Shown here: in pieces, positions 15,201 through 25,200 of the stretch
Numbering within the stretch: position 1 is the first letter of the stretch
How the letters are laid out: each line of letters opens with the position of its first letter
Made by a program: the position numbers and the translations under genes
From: Acanthaster planci
Lineage: Eukaryota
Length of the DNA stretch: 64,000 nt
Direction: 5' to 3'
Assembly (NCBI RefSeq): GCF_001949145.1
Contig: NW_019091358.1
Span: 4,000,238-4,064,237, forward strand
Notes under the pieces: generated by a model
The model's database searches: none
Told to the model about the DNA's origin: nothing
What the model saw: only the letters and a program-made list of their open reading frames with translations

Positions 15201-18200
15201 GATGGTGTTTGAAGCATGTGATTTATGCATGTGAAGCAAAAAAGTTAAGATAAATAAAATAAAAAAGGAATATGATGATTACACTTGGTCTTATGACACC
15301 TAAATCCTCAATTTAATGCTCCGTTTCCCGACAAAGAAGGCCAGGTCACTGTCATTACAAAACAGAGCAGGACAAGCTCCGAGTTGAATATGACAGACAC
15401 AGCGGCCTGTGCAACATAAAGATAAAGTCCCTTGCTTTCTAAACCTCAATGGGTGGACATGCTCAGCATAAAACACTTCCATAAACTCCTCTGGTAAAAT
15501 CCGATGATGTAGAGAAAGTGACAAAACAGCTGATAATAATTTGAACCTCTTCCATTTGATGGATTAAAATACATTGGCTTTGAAACAGCCGTCCACTGGC
15601 CTTTCTTTTGTTTACAAACACTGACCACTTCTTTGTATTATGGATGATCACAGTTTGCACAAACATCACCCTTGGTGTGAACAACTTTGCCCTACCCTCT
15701 TGCTTTGGCTGTATTAAAAATGAAAACCAATTTCAGTTAGTATTTAGCAGCAGTCCTTAGTTTAATATCTGCATGAAAGTTTTGAACACGTTGTGCATTA
15801 TTCTTCAGATTTTTTTTACTCCCAGCTAGCCATACATTTGAAAGCATTTGCAACTTTATAGCAAAGAAAGGTCTATGAAGGTTGCCCAGGCGCTTGATCC
15901 AGGCACAGATACTTCCTCTTCCTGTCAAGAACAGAATCCAACACATTGGCATTTGTTGATATCTCTTCGCTGTTTACAGAAGGATTTGTTAGAAGGTAAA
16001 TCAGTAACACAAATGTATGCAAGCATTGAATGAATGCCCAGCACTGAACAACATTTTAATTTTTCTATGTGCTGATGATAAAATTATGAATTAGCTACAG
16101 TGTTAAATGAAATTGTATAAGGAAAGCAAGATACTACATTCTACATCTCAAAAATGATGGTAACCAGGTTCAAAAATAAAAGTTTTTAAAAGACAGCTAA
16201 CAGAAAACAAACTTTTGCGGTAAAGTTAGGGGAAATGGTATGGTGTTTAAATCATCGCCATTACGAAAAAAATTTTGGCACAGAGATTAACTCTGAGTAC
16301 ATTTCTATCCCCAAGTCAATGACATGTACACCACATGGACAAAAGAATTTTTTGATGTAAATGGTCCAGAATTACATTCAAATAATGTAATTTTCAGACT
16401 GTGTGGCAAGGGTCAAGTTTCTATTGTGTCTTTTCATGTATTTTAAAAGTTTTAAGTAAGCAAATAACACCTTCTTGTTTAATTTTTCATTAATAAAATA
16501 TACACCTAAAATTTGTCAAAGTAAGTTATATGTTTCTCCGATCTGAGTTACTTCACTGGTTCTCATGCTAAACATAAAAAGCAAAAATAGGGACCAAAAT
16601 GGAAGAAGCAAAGAAATACTATCCCTAAGGGAAATGAGAAATGTAGAATGGTGCAAAAATAAGCATGGTTCTAGACCTTAATGATCATCTTTTATAGACA
16701 GAATATTTTTTTAACATAAATGTGAACATAGACCTTTGAATGTTTGGAGATGGGACTTGAAAAGTGGGGCTTGAGGTTTGACAGACTTTTTTGGTTTCAA
16801 AATGCCAGTCTTTGGCATGTATAGAACCATGCTTTGTTTTGCTTTTTCCGCCATGAACTCAAATGTGAGTGTGATGAAGCAGCAGCGGTGACTTCAGCCT
16901 GGGATAAAAAATTGACAGCAGGATAAATATTTCTGTGCAATTTCAAAGCAACCTGAGGTAGGTTGGACACCACTGCTGGTCGTTGGAGGTGCCATGGTCC
17001 CAGGGTTTGCAGTGGGTAGTGCTCCTGTAGTTGCCATGGGAGTTGCTCCTGTTGTTATAGCAGGAGGTGCTCCCGTTGTTGCAGCATTTGACTCTGTTGT
17101 TGGCATTGTTACTGGCATTGTTACTGGCACTGTCGTCTCCTCTGGCATAGTACCTGTTTGTGCTGCAGGGTGTGTAAGTAATGTAGAAAAGTATTCACAT
17201 ACTCGATATCTCTAGCTCATATTATGCAAACAAATTTCTTCCTTAGGCCTTGGTGAAAGCACAAAAACAACTGAAAAAAGGTTTTGGGAAAACTCCACTA
17301 ATGCTGTATTATTCTTAAAGGCATCACGGTACAAAAGAAAGGACTCCTATTTTTCAGATCAAAAGTTTGAGTCACACACGAGTAAGGTTGTGAATTTTTT
17401 TCCGCAAGCTCTTGGACAAGCACTGAGCATACAGCGTTTATCAATATATACGTCGGGTATGTGTCAAAAGTAACCATTCTATTATTTGGAAACTCCTATT
17501 GGCCAATAAAACCTAATTAAGGGTTAACTCAAAGTAGCAAAGAAGTGACAAAATGGAAGATCAGAAGATATAAAGTTTACTTTGTGTAGGGAGGTTAAGA
17601 TTATGCTTGCCCTCGAACAAATAATAAGCAATGACAGGTGAGGACTTTATGAGTGAGGCAGTATACAAAAAGTACATTTGAATAACTGGTGGACTGAGTA
17701 AATTTGGCTTGAAGAAATAATAATAATCTCTGGGTGTCAACTGCCAGAGTAGTGTGTAGCGCACTTAAGCGACTTGGTGTCATCCAAATAGTAGATGCTG
17801 TTGGCTTAGGGTACAGGAAAAAGAGCAACTTTCAAACTTGTTAAAGCCGCTTGTATAGTAACCTAACTTTCTTTTTTGAAGGTTGTTTTGAATCTATATA
17901 TTATTGCTGAAGGTTTGCCACAGTAAAGTGGTTTACCTTTTGAAATAAGCTTTTTTTTATAGTAAATGTCTAGATTAATGAGTATGCCAAAGCCAGTCTG
18001 ATGGCCAATGACGCAAAGGAAAACTCAGAGCAAGAAAGGTTAAATACATAGGAAGCTGGAAAACCTTCCTTTCCGAAATTGCATTATGATGACAATGACA
18101 CATATGTTGACCAATCAAAGGATTTGAACTGTTAATTTAATGAAGAATTGTTCTTTTGCTTATTAAAAGGGTATTTGGTGTTAATGCAAATTTCCACATT

Positions 18201-21200
18201 TTAAAGCAAAACTGTGGTGCCATTCCAGGGAGAAACCTCAATATTACATTTGATTTGTGTATAAAAACTGCTTAATTTTCCTTCATATTCTGTTGTTCTA
18301 ATTTGGCAATAAGCCAACGAGCAACTCTTTCTCCACAGTGTTTTCAATGAGAAAATTTTGCATTCACACTTTGAACAGAAAAATCACTGAGCAACATCTT
18401 CCAAAATTGACATCGCGGCAAAGGCACCCTCTGTTTTCTGGAAAAGGACGGACAAATAAAAAGGTTGAAACAAGGGTATTTATCAATGCACCTAAACCCA
18501 CGACAAGGGTCCTATTACTTTCAAGCATTGAAGAGAAGAGTAAAGTTGCACGAAAAGTGCATGTTAGAAAACTTTGTCGCCTGGACCCTTTCAGAACATA
18601 TGATCCACTTCTCAGATGATGTCTTATATCAGCCACCATAAGCTCTCAATGAGGATGGATCTCATGCTTTTTGAAGTAACAGACTGCTCTACAAAGCCCC
18701 TTCTACTGCGCATACTCAGCACATACATGTACTGTCCATGTACTTCTTTTCAGTACCACACTGCACAACCTGTCCCTGCTCATTACATGTACCAACATGC
18801 ATATTTGGGTCCTGTGCTTTCAAACTGGAATCGTGGCTACAATTGTTCAAAACATCAGAAGGCTGGCCATACTGAATCAGTCTATTACTTGCTACTTTAG
18901 CTTGGTTTATCAAAGTCTTGATTCAAAACTTTCTTACTCCTTAAAAATGTCAATGTTGAGAAACTTTCAAAGGTTCCTGAAATCTAAATAAGCTTTTTCA
19001 AAATCCCGAAAGGTTCTGGAGAGTACAAGGTTTCGGGGAAATGACTGTTGTTTTTACTTTTGTAACCTGTGGCACCTTAAGTATTGAAAATTGAAAATTC
19101 TCATCTTGAATCAAGACTAGATTTTTAATCAAACAGAAAAGGAAACACCAAAAAAAAAAAAAGAAGAAAGGCAACCACCTTTAATGAATGGGGAACTGAA
19201 AGTCATGCAAAAACATGCACAGCTCTTCATTATTCCATTGACTGGTCTTTAGCCCTACATGTATTTCCCTAGGGTGTATGTGAAATCATATTGATTTTGC
19301 AGGATTCGGGACTGCTATGGGATTTTAATTGGCATTTTGTTAAAGTAAAAGTACCTGTACACATAGCTACATTGGACGCATTGCATACTACGCTAAGAAG
19401 TAATAACCTTTTTAAGTGGGGGTTTGTAGGACAGCATTTAAGACATGACTGTGATTTTTGCTCAAATAAAAACATGACAGTGATGGAGCAGTGGTGACCT
19501 CAGCCGATGAGAAAGTCACTGATATCAACAGAAATCGTTCTGAACAATTCTACAACCTGTCGCAGGTTGGACACTACCTCCAGATGTACCACTAACAATC
19601 CTGGAAGTGTCAGTTGCTGCTGTTGGGGATGATTCTACAGCTGTGGACAGTAGTGTCGTTTGTGTTGTTTGTGCTGTAGGTTCAAGTATTGAAGAGTTCA
19701 AATTTCAAACCATTTCCATTTTATTGCTTAAACAGTACTGTTTTTACAAAATAGATGCAAATCAGTTCCTTTCCAATTCAGTTATTTCAGTTCCATGAAA
19801 CATAACATTAAAAACTGTGAGAAAAGTGACTCATTAACAACTGTGCAAAAATGCATGCCACATAAAAATTAAATGATATTCGATTAAACCAATCTTTATG
19901 AAAGATTGAGTGAAAAAAAAATTATTGTGCTAATACACTCTTCGCCACCTTACAAATCCCTGTCAGAAGTTTTGACACATGAAACAGCTTTCTGTTGTGA
20001 TTCTGGACAACAAGCTGTGGGTGAAAAACAACTGGTCTTCAAGAGTTTAAATTATGAAACTTTGGTTTATGGTAACAGATTGTTATGAGCATCTAAAAAT
20101 GTTGGTCAAAACTAACAAATATAAAACATAAAATGCTTCATTTTTCAATGCTACTTTTTTATGACATCAAGAAATACATCATAAATGTACGAAAATGAAC
20201 AAAAACCAAGAACAAAATCCTACTTTTAATGACAACATCAGTCCACCTGCGGAAAACACACATTACTTAAGAAGTATAGAAAGTGCCGGGGGCCGGAGGG
20301 AACCAAACTTCAACGACTTGCACTCTCAAATGACAATCTTACGCCCCAACTATAGCATCAGTCCCAATTATAGTTTGGCCCGTCCCAACTAGAGTGCTAC
20401 AGTTGGGCCGGCCCAACTACAGCACAGAGGTCCTGCGCGCATGTGCCCAGCATGTGCCAAAGTCACATTGTTTACAACTGAAGTTCCACATTTTAGATGA
20501 ATTGTGTCAAGTGTGAGACACATTGACTTGGATAATGTTGAGATATTTCCCACAAACATTGGTCAACAATAGTTGGGCCAGCTCAACTGCAGCACTACAG
20601 TTGGGACTGTCCCAACTATAGTTGGGACTTATGTTATAGTTGGGGCGTAACAACAACATTGCCCCATTTGATGGGGCTGACTTTCTCAACAATTACAAAA
20701 CTTTTGCGTTTATGGGGGGGGGGGGGTTATTTCATTAACCAAGATAAATGCTTTTTAAGGGATTCAGGTAATTAATACCAATGGTGCGATCTCTTGTCAA
20801 TGTATTTTGACACTTTTTACCCTTTTGTTACCCCTCCTAAAAAAATACAAAAAGAATTGAAGAATACACCGTGCAGCCGCGAAGCTTTTTTTTCAAGACC
20901 CATCGTGGAGTTCAAAAAAGTGAAAAGGCACAAAAGTGGCGCACTTCTCCCAATAAAAAGAACACAACTTTGGGGGGTTCTGGGTGAGCGATGTCATTTT
21001 TCAGGGCTGTCAGGGAACGTTTCCGGCCGCTGGCTCGAGAATGACAAAAAGAATCGTTCTGGGTTATTGCCCTGTCCAACCGACCGTATGCAACGTCAGA
21101 CGAAAAACTCCCCACCTTGGAGAACCTAATACGTACAGGAACACAGGCTGCAACAGGGCAAGCGATGGCCCTTGCAACTAAGCGAATACGATCAAGTCGC

Positions 21201-22255
21201 ATTCTGTGAATTTCGGTCGAGATCTTTATCAGGTTTCGAAAGATCCCACATTCTGGCAACTAGTACAAGTAACGGTATTTCACCTGGTCTCTGCGCAGAA
21301 CACCGTTTAGGCGTGAGAGACCTTTAAAAGGTGGCGCAGAGATAATAACATTCTTTCCTACAGAGCTGCGTCACGACTGACGCGTATGACACTATCCAAC
21401 GCTTGAATGAACAAAATTATTGATCACTCATCAAGCAGACAAGAACACACGCTACTACCCCTGGCAAGACCCATCAGCCATTTGAAAGCTTCCCAAACAC
21501 GTCCAAAAGTCAGATTTAGCAGTGAAAATACCGAGTATTCGCTTACAAACACCGAATTTTCCAGACCAGTCTCTTGGGTTTGCGAACAGGGTGTCAAGCG
21601 GCGTTCGTATTTTTCTTCCCACGGTTTCGATCTTGATAAATGCAGAATGCACACGTACAATGTAGTAATGCGAAGATCGACCTCTCTCTGCTAATCAAAA
21701 CTCCAGTTTGTTGAATTTTTAAAACTTTACCGGAACAATTTAATGTGCATGCCCTGTGTCCATAAGTTCTACGCCCCAGGCAGATGATAACCGACCGAAG
21801 GAACTTCCTCTACAGTGTTCACCGCTCTAAGGTTCCACTAAAAAAAGCCAAAAAACGCCCTTGTAAAATAGAACTTCATCATGGTTATGCTTACACGTAC
21901 ACAGGGCGGAATCTAATAAATTTAGTATATACGAAAGGCGTTTTTATTTCCGGGTCCATATACAGTGAAGAGCTTAGGCACTGTACGGACTATCACCTGC
22001 AGTCTTCATCCACAGGAATGTTGTCGTGACAAGTACAAGGGCAATTCTTGTAAATATACAAAAAGAACGACAGTTGTATACCCCATAAATCTGCACCTCT
22101 GTGGTGTGGGAAACAGCCTTACCGCCCAGTGTGCAGATCGATTTTGATTTTAAACATCATTTCGTTCACTCACCGAAACTCGGCCGAGCACCCCATCCGA
22201 GAATTCCGATGCAGACCAGCAGGCAGGCCCGCAGAAACTCGCCCCGACGGGCCAT
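200..22255 (-). CDS. DUOX: Dual oxidase (DUOX), 5' portion, 21 coding exons, ~1061 codons in window; gene continues past the left edge
   Basis: Manually spliced GT-AG exons stay in phase throughout. They encode DUOX hallmark motifs: [98 protein letters not shown], TM1 and two EF-hands. Confidence 0.97.
609..831 (-). CDS. DUOX: DUOX exon 20: EF-hand 1 region
   Basis: AFNESVDSTDLSELERTDAKDVLNNELTKTEFAEMLSMPPDSIFVEQMFDLVDKDQSGALSFREFLDVIVIFAK; the aag| acceptor is the only nearby in-frame, stop-free option. Confidence 0.88.
957..1383. mobile_element. Tc1/mariner-type MITE
   Basis: TA|CAGTGGAACACCACTATACC ... GGTAATAGTGGCATTCCACTG|TA terminal inverted repeats with TA target duplication; internal TACCGAAC subrepeats. 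Confidence 0.8.
2086..2483 (-). CDS. DUOX: DUOX exon 19: cytosolic PH-like region
   Basis: ALEWCGSKSGTRPIQV...EREYDLVLKFDD...ITKEHRQKTLERFFRVAFAQ; tag| acceptor and |gtgagt donor. Confidence 0.93.
3018..3140 (-). CDS. DUOX: DUOX exon 18: end of TM1 and basic juxtamembrane segment
   Basis: GVVLTLFICARRRTKATEEVRKATRTKTRKGKGPESLQKFP; cag| acceptor and |gtaggt donor, phase 1-1. Confidence 0.9.
3860..4012 (-). CDS. DUOX: DUOX exon 17: end of ectodomain and start of TM1
   Basis: GDPCWDMHPNENHSINEKDMEECTMLYTFDYFTGSEISYAVSYFALGLFCL; DYF-GS motif typical of DUOX. Confidence 0.93.
4314..4849. other. Assembly gap (536 N) inside a DUOX intron
   Basis: Run of N; the flanking exons splice in phase (FHYMA-G-DPC), so no exon needs to be hidden in it. 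Confidence 0.99.
5343..5464 (-). CDS. DUOX: DUOX exon 16
   Basis: LFTKEQIEYIRNNISVYDVLILATNIKPGEVQQDVFHYMA; tag| acceptor and |gtaaat donor; not in the ORF track. Confidence 0.92.
5928..6106 (-). CDS. DUOX: DUOX exon 15
   Basis: [60 protein letters not shown]. Confidence 0.95.
6459..6801. mobile_element. Long-TIR MITE, family A copy 1
   Basis: ~120-bp imperfect inverted arms (gttctttaaattcatgt / acatgaatttaaagaac; gctatacctc / gaggtatagc); homologous to 43271-43643 in the opposite orientation. Confidence 0.8.
7255..7445 (-). CDS. DUOX: DUOX exon 14
   Basis: [38 protein letters not shown]...GIDPS. Confidence 0.95.
8606..8702 (-). CDS. DUOX: DUOX exon 13
   Basis: LPIREYDIENFLMGMASQITEREDNIITIDLQ; cag| acceptor and |gtaagt donor. 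Confidence 0.94.
8849..8960 (-). CDS. DUOX: DUOX exon 12
   Basis: DAQCNFLNTSLESSNIPGTQFSPVHGVRTCNSFWNPQ. Confidence 0.92.
9329..9425 (-). CDS. DUOX: DUOX exon 11: proximal His motif
   Basis: [33 protein letters not shown]. Confidence 0.95.
9733..9808 (-). CDS. DUOX: DUOX exon 10
   Basis: KIVLYDWLPAFLNMDAEEIETNRYT. Confidence 0.93.
10119..10297 (-). CDS. DUOX: DUOX exon 9
   Basis: [60 protein letters not shown]; not in the ORF track. Confidence 0.95.
10470..10600 (+). mobile_element. tRNA-derived SINE remnant
   Basis: B-box GGTTCGAATCC at 10500-10510 followed by tccgggcttttcctct...cctctaaaactg, resembling 48170-48212. Confidence 0.6.
10769..10997 (-). CDS. DUOX: DUOX exon 8
   Basis: [33 protein letters not shown]...NTIGLPMANVPPP...VRRFF. 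Confidence 0.95.
11992..12191 (-). CDS. DUOX: DUOX exon 7: distal heme pocket motif
   Basis: [29 protein letters not shown]...IPFLRTRYSFNTGYSPNVPREQ. Confidence 0.95.
12546..12707 (-). CDS. DUOX: DUOX exon 6
   Basis: ELPLTRRLPVAYADGVYMMAGKDRPNPIDVSEATMRGDTGLPSFLNRTAFMTFF. Confidence 0.95.
13791..13883 (-). CDS. DUOX: DUOX exon 5: start of peroxidase-homology domain
   Basis: [31 protein letters not shown]. Confidence 0.95.
14702..14749 (-). CDS. DUOX: DUOX exon 4 (48-bp linker micro-exon, predicted)
   Basis: ttttctag| acceptor and |gtaaga donor, phase 1-1, ASDDGMLSPEERRQYE; no homology support. Confidence 0.7.
16953..17162 (-). CDS. DUOX: DUOX exon 3: mucin-like Thr/Pro/Ala-rich segment (predicted)
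   Basis: cctgcag| acceptor and |gttgct donor, 210 bp, phase 1-1; AQTGTMPEETTVPVTMPVTMPTTESNAATTGAPPAITTGATPMATTGALPTANPGTMAPPTTSSGVQPTS. Confidence 0.8.
19557..19673 (-). CDS. DUOX: DUOX exon 2: mucin-like Thr/Ser-rich segment (predicted)
   Basis: cctacag| acceptor and |gttgta donor, 117 bp, phase 1-1; AQTTQTTLLSTAVESSPTAATDTSRIVSGTSGGSVQPAT. Confidence 0.75.
20339..20650. mobile_element. Foldback-like MITE with ~80-bp inverted arms
   Basis: TTACGCCCCAACTATAGCAT... and ...ATGTTATAGTTGGGGCGTAA; arms built from CCCAACT/AGTTGGG units. Confidence 0.85.
22174..22255 (-). CDS. DUOX: DUOX first coding exon: signal peptide
   Basis: MARRGEFLRACLLVCIGILGWGARPSF(A): basic n-region, hydrophobic core, small-residue cleavage site; |gtgagt donor in phase 1 matching the next exons. 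Confidence 0.85.
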
Positions 22256-25200
22256 CTGTATGTGACGACGCAGCTCCCGGGCACTGATTTAACTCGAACT
22301 TCTTTGCGATGTGGGTAAAAAGTACGAGGAGAGATTCGAGAGATTTTCTAATGTCGAGAAAATTCTACCTCAGCTTTTCCCCCGAGCCGCAACTCCGCGT
22401 AGTCCACTCACCAAGATTGCTTTCCTGACCGCGAATCTGTATTGGGTGTGCGTTCGTAGCTAACCCTACCTTAGCTCTATTTTTTCCCTCCCCAAAGCTG
22501 TTTCCTTTTCTGTGACACTGGCCATTCACAGAATGCAGTCAGGCGAGGCGGTCCTTCGCAGTGTAAAAAAAAAGTTTTACATAAGTTATGAATATGTATA
22601 ACCCTCTGTCCTCGAGTATACTACATTGTTGTCCTTCCGCACACAGAAAAGTAGGTCCTGAAAAACAAGGCTCTTGAACCATGATCATTAGCACTTACGA
22701 AAGCTGGCTGTGTTCAAATATGCGCTAACGGTGTTTATTTTTTCAGCTCATTTTAGGAGCGTATCTTGATAGATTTGATATCCTAGTCTTTATTAAGTCA
22801 TAATTCATTCTTTTACACATCATTTCATTTTATAAACTTTTCCCTATTATACAAATCGTTGACCAGGTTCATGCGTTTGGTTAAAACTGCATATAACATC
22901 AAAAATGCACAAAACTAATTAACAAAATTACAATGTAATCAAAAAAATTTACATAAGTGTGTTAACGGCAAATCAAACCCCCAAAATAATGAGGATAATA
23001 CTGTCGATAAAGCAACGGATGGTGAGATTTACAATTTACCACTTGTACTTGTACAATTTGTACAATATGACATGCTTTGCGATGATCCTGGGAATAAAGA
23101 GTACACTAACAACCATACTCAAACACAAACAACACCGAGAGAACGTACATGTACACGCTTGATGTTTTAGACGAATTAGCACCCTCGATCAATACAGCAA
23201 TGGTTCAAACGTACGGCTGACGCACGTGTGAATTTCCTGGTTAGCGTCTCGCACACCGTCATTCTGTGACGCACTTTACAGTGTGGTAACGTTTCCTCAT
23301 TCTTATCTTCTACCGACCAGATTCCTCACGTAGAAGGGAGCCCAGGACAGAGAAAGACGTGGATGATTTCCTGAGCCGGAAAACGACACAGGAACTTACA
23401 AACTTTTCAGGTTTAAGCCAGAAAATGTTCATGTCTACAACAGTTCACAGACGACCAGCCAGGGTTTTCTTTAGGTGGCCAGGGACATTTACGTGTCGAA
23501 CGGGAACATTTTGGTGTGGAAGAGTCATTGGAATAAGTAAAGGGAAGCCGGCAAAGGAGATTTGAATTTTCTCGAAAAGATATGATTAGGGAACTTAACG
23601 CTGGTCAACACCAGGCCCATATTTGGAAGGTCAATGACTATGCTCAAGAGGTCACACCATGACTTCGTACACTACGGTAAAACTTGCATTTTCCGCCATG
23701 CACTGGTCTATTGGATATCGTGTACATTACATTCTATTAATAACTCCTGGGTCGTACCGATTCGGAATCTGAATCAATATTTACTCATAGTTTCGGGTAA
23801 AAAAAGACAATTTTCGGGGTCAATACGATCTATTCATGTGTTGGTTCGACCTAAGAAGTGCAAATTTTTGACCAACAAAAAGACTGGACAATGCGGAATC
23901 AGATTCCGGGTCACTGTAGGAGTCTTTTAAATATCACAATCGCGAGTTTGCCTGTGATATGGAAACTTAAGGTCGGCTTGGGCATCACACCTGAGTCAGA
24001 ACCTATACACGGGGAGAATTACACATTCATTATGACGATGCATTCTCAACACTGAGTTTTGTGGATCTAATCAGGATGAATGATATTGACGAGTTTGATA
24101 TTTATTCAGACGAATGACCTTAATACAGAAAGTCCGTGTAAGCTTGCCCTCCAAAAATACTGGACATGTACTACCGGGCCTATACAATGTACGTGCAATC
24201 TTTCGAATGTAGACTAAGCCCCTATTCCAAACATGGAAATAGCCCTGCTTGACTAAAACAATACATACAAAACCCAATTGCATTCGAACCGATAAGGGCC
24301 TAGATAGCTTTTAGGATCAACACGAACATAGGAGCCATACCGACGGTAAATATAATATTTGAAACATAACCTAGGACAACAAATATCGTTTACATGACAG
24401 AACCATGAAATGATCTATTAACGATCATCGGGATGGAAACAGCAAAGGGATTCTGTGTCTGGCATATTGAATGTTTTATAAAGCGAAAAGTACCCAGCGA
24501 AAAATCAATACATTCTCTTCAGAAACACCATACTTTAGAGAGGCTCGGTGGAGACAGATCTCTTGTCTCAACATTCTGGAGAAATGACCCATGGTTGTAT
24601 TGAATTCACAACAATCAATAATCCCGCACTTCGACCAGGCAACCCTCAAAAGACGTGCAAATAAATCAAAGGTCTGCCTATGACACGACCTACGTGACAA
24701 ACCAAGTTCATCATTCTTGCGAAAGGACCTGGGAATTCCCTAAATTCTACCAACGTTCGAATGCGAGACACCCCCAATAAAGCCAGGTGCATTCTCATGA
24801 TGTGACATTTGAAGTCAATCAAAATACATGTAAAAGAACGAGTAGTTTCGGCCACTGTGGGAAACATACAAAGGGTAGGCCTACAATACTGGGGATAATG
24901 TTGAATCACTGCACTTCGTTTGGCAGACTCTATGACACATATTTTTGACCAGCACATTTTACATGTTGAAAACTTTCTAAATGGGGGGGGGGGTGATGTT
25001 TCAATAAAGCTTGCAGAGAATTGCAGAACTGTGTGTGATCCTTTATTACCGTATAAGTCTGTGACGGTTAAGATTACATGCAATGAATTAAAAAAAATGT
25101 ATTCGGCACAGTCCCATAATACAGAAGTCAGGGGAAATGATAATGTTATTCAGTTCCCGGTGGCCTTTCTCACAGGACGTTGTCACATGTAGGTTTAATT

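Noticed and set aside
16994..17215. Plus-strand hydrophobic Val/Gly/Ala-rich ORF
   Set aside because: It is the antisense shadow of the Thr/Pro-rich DUOX exon.
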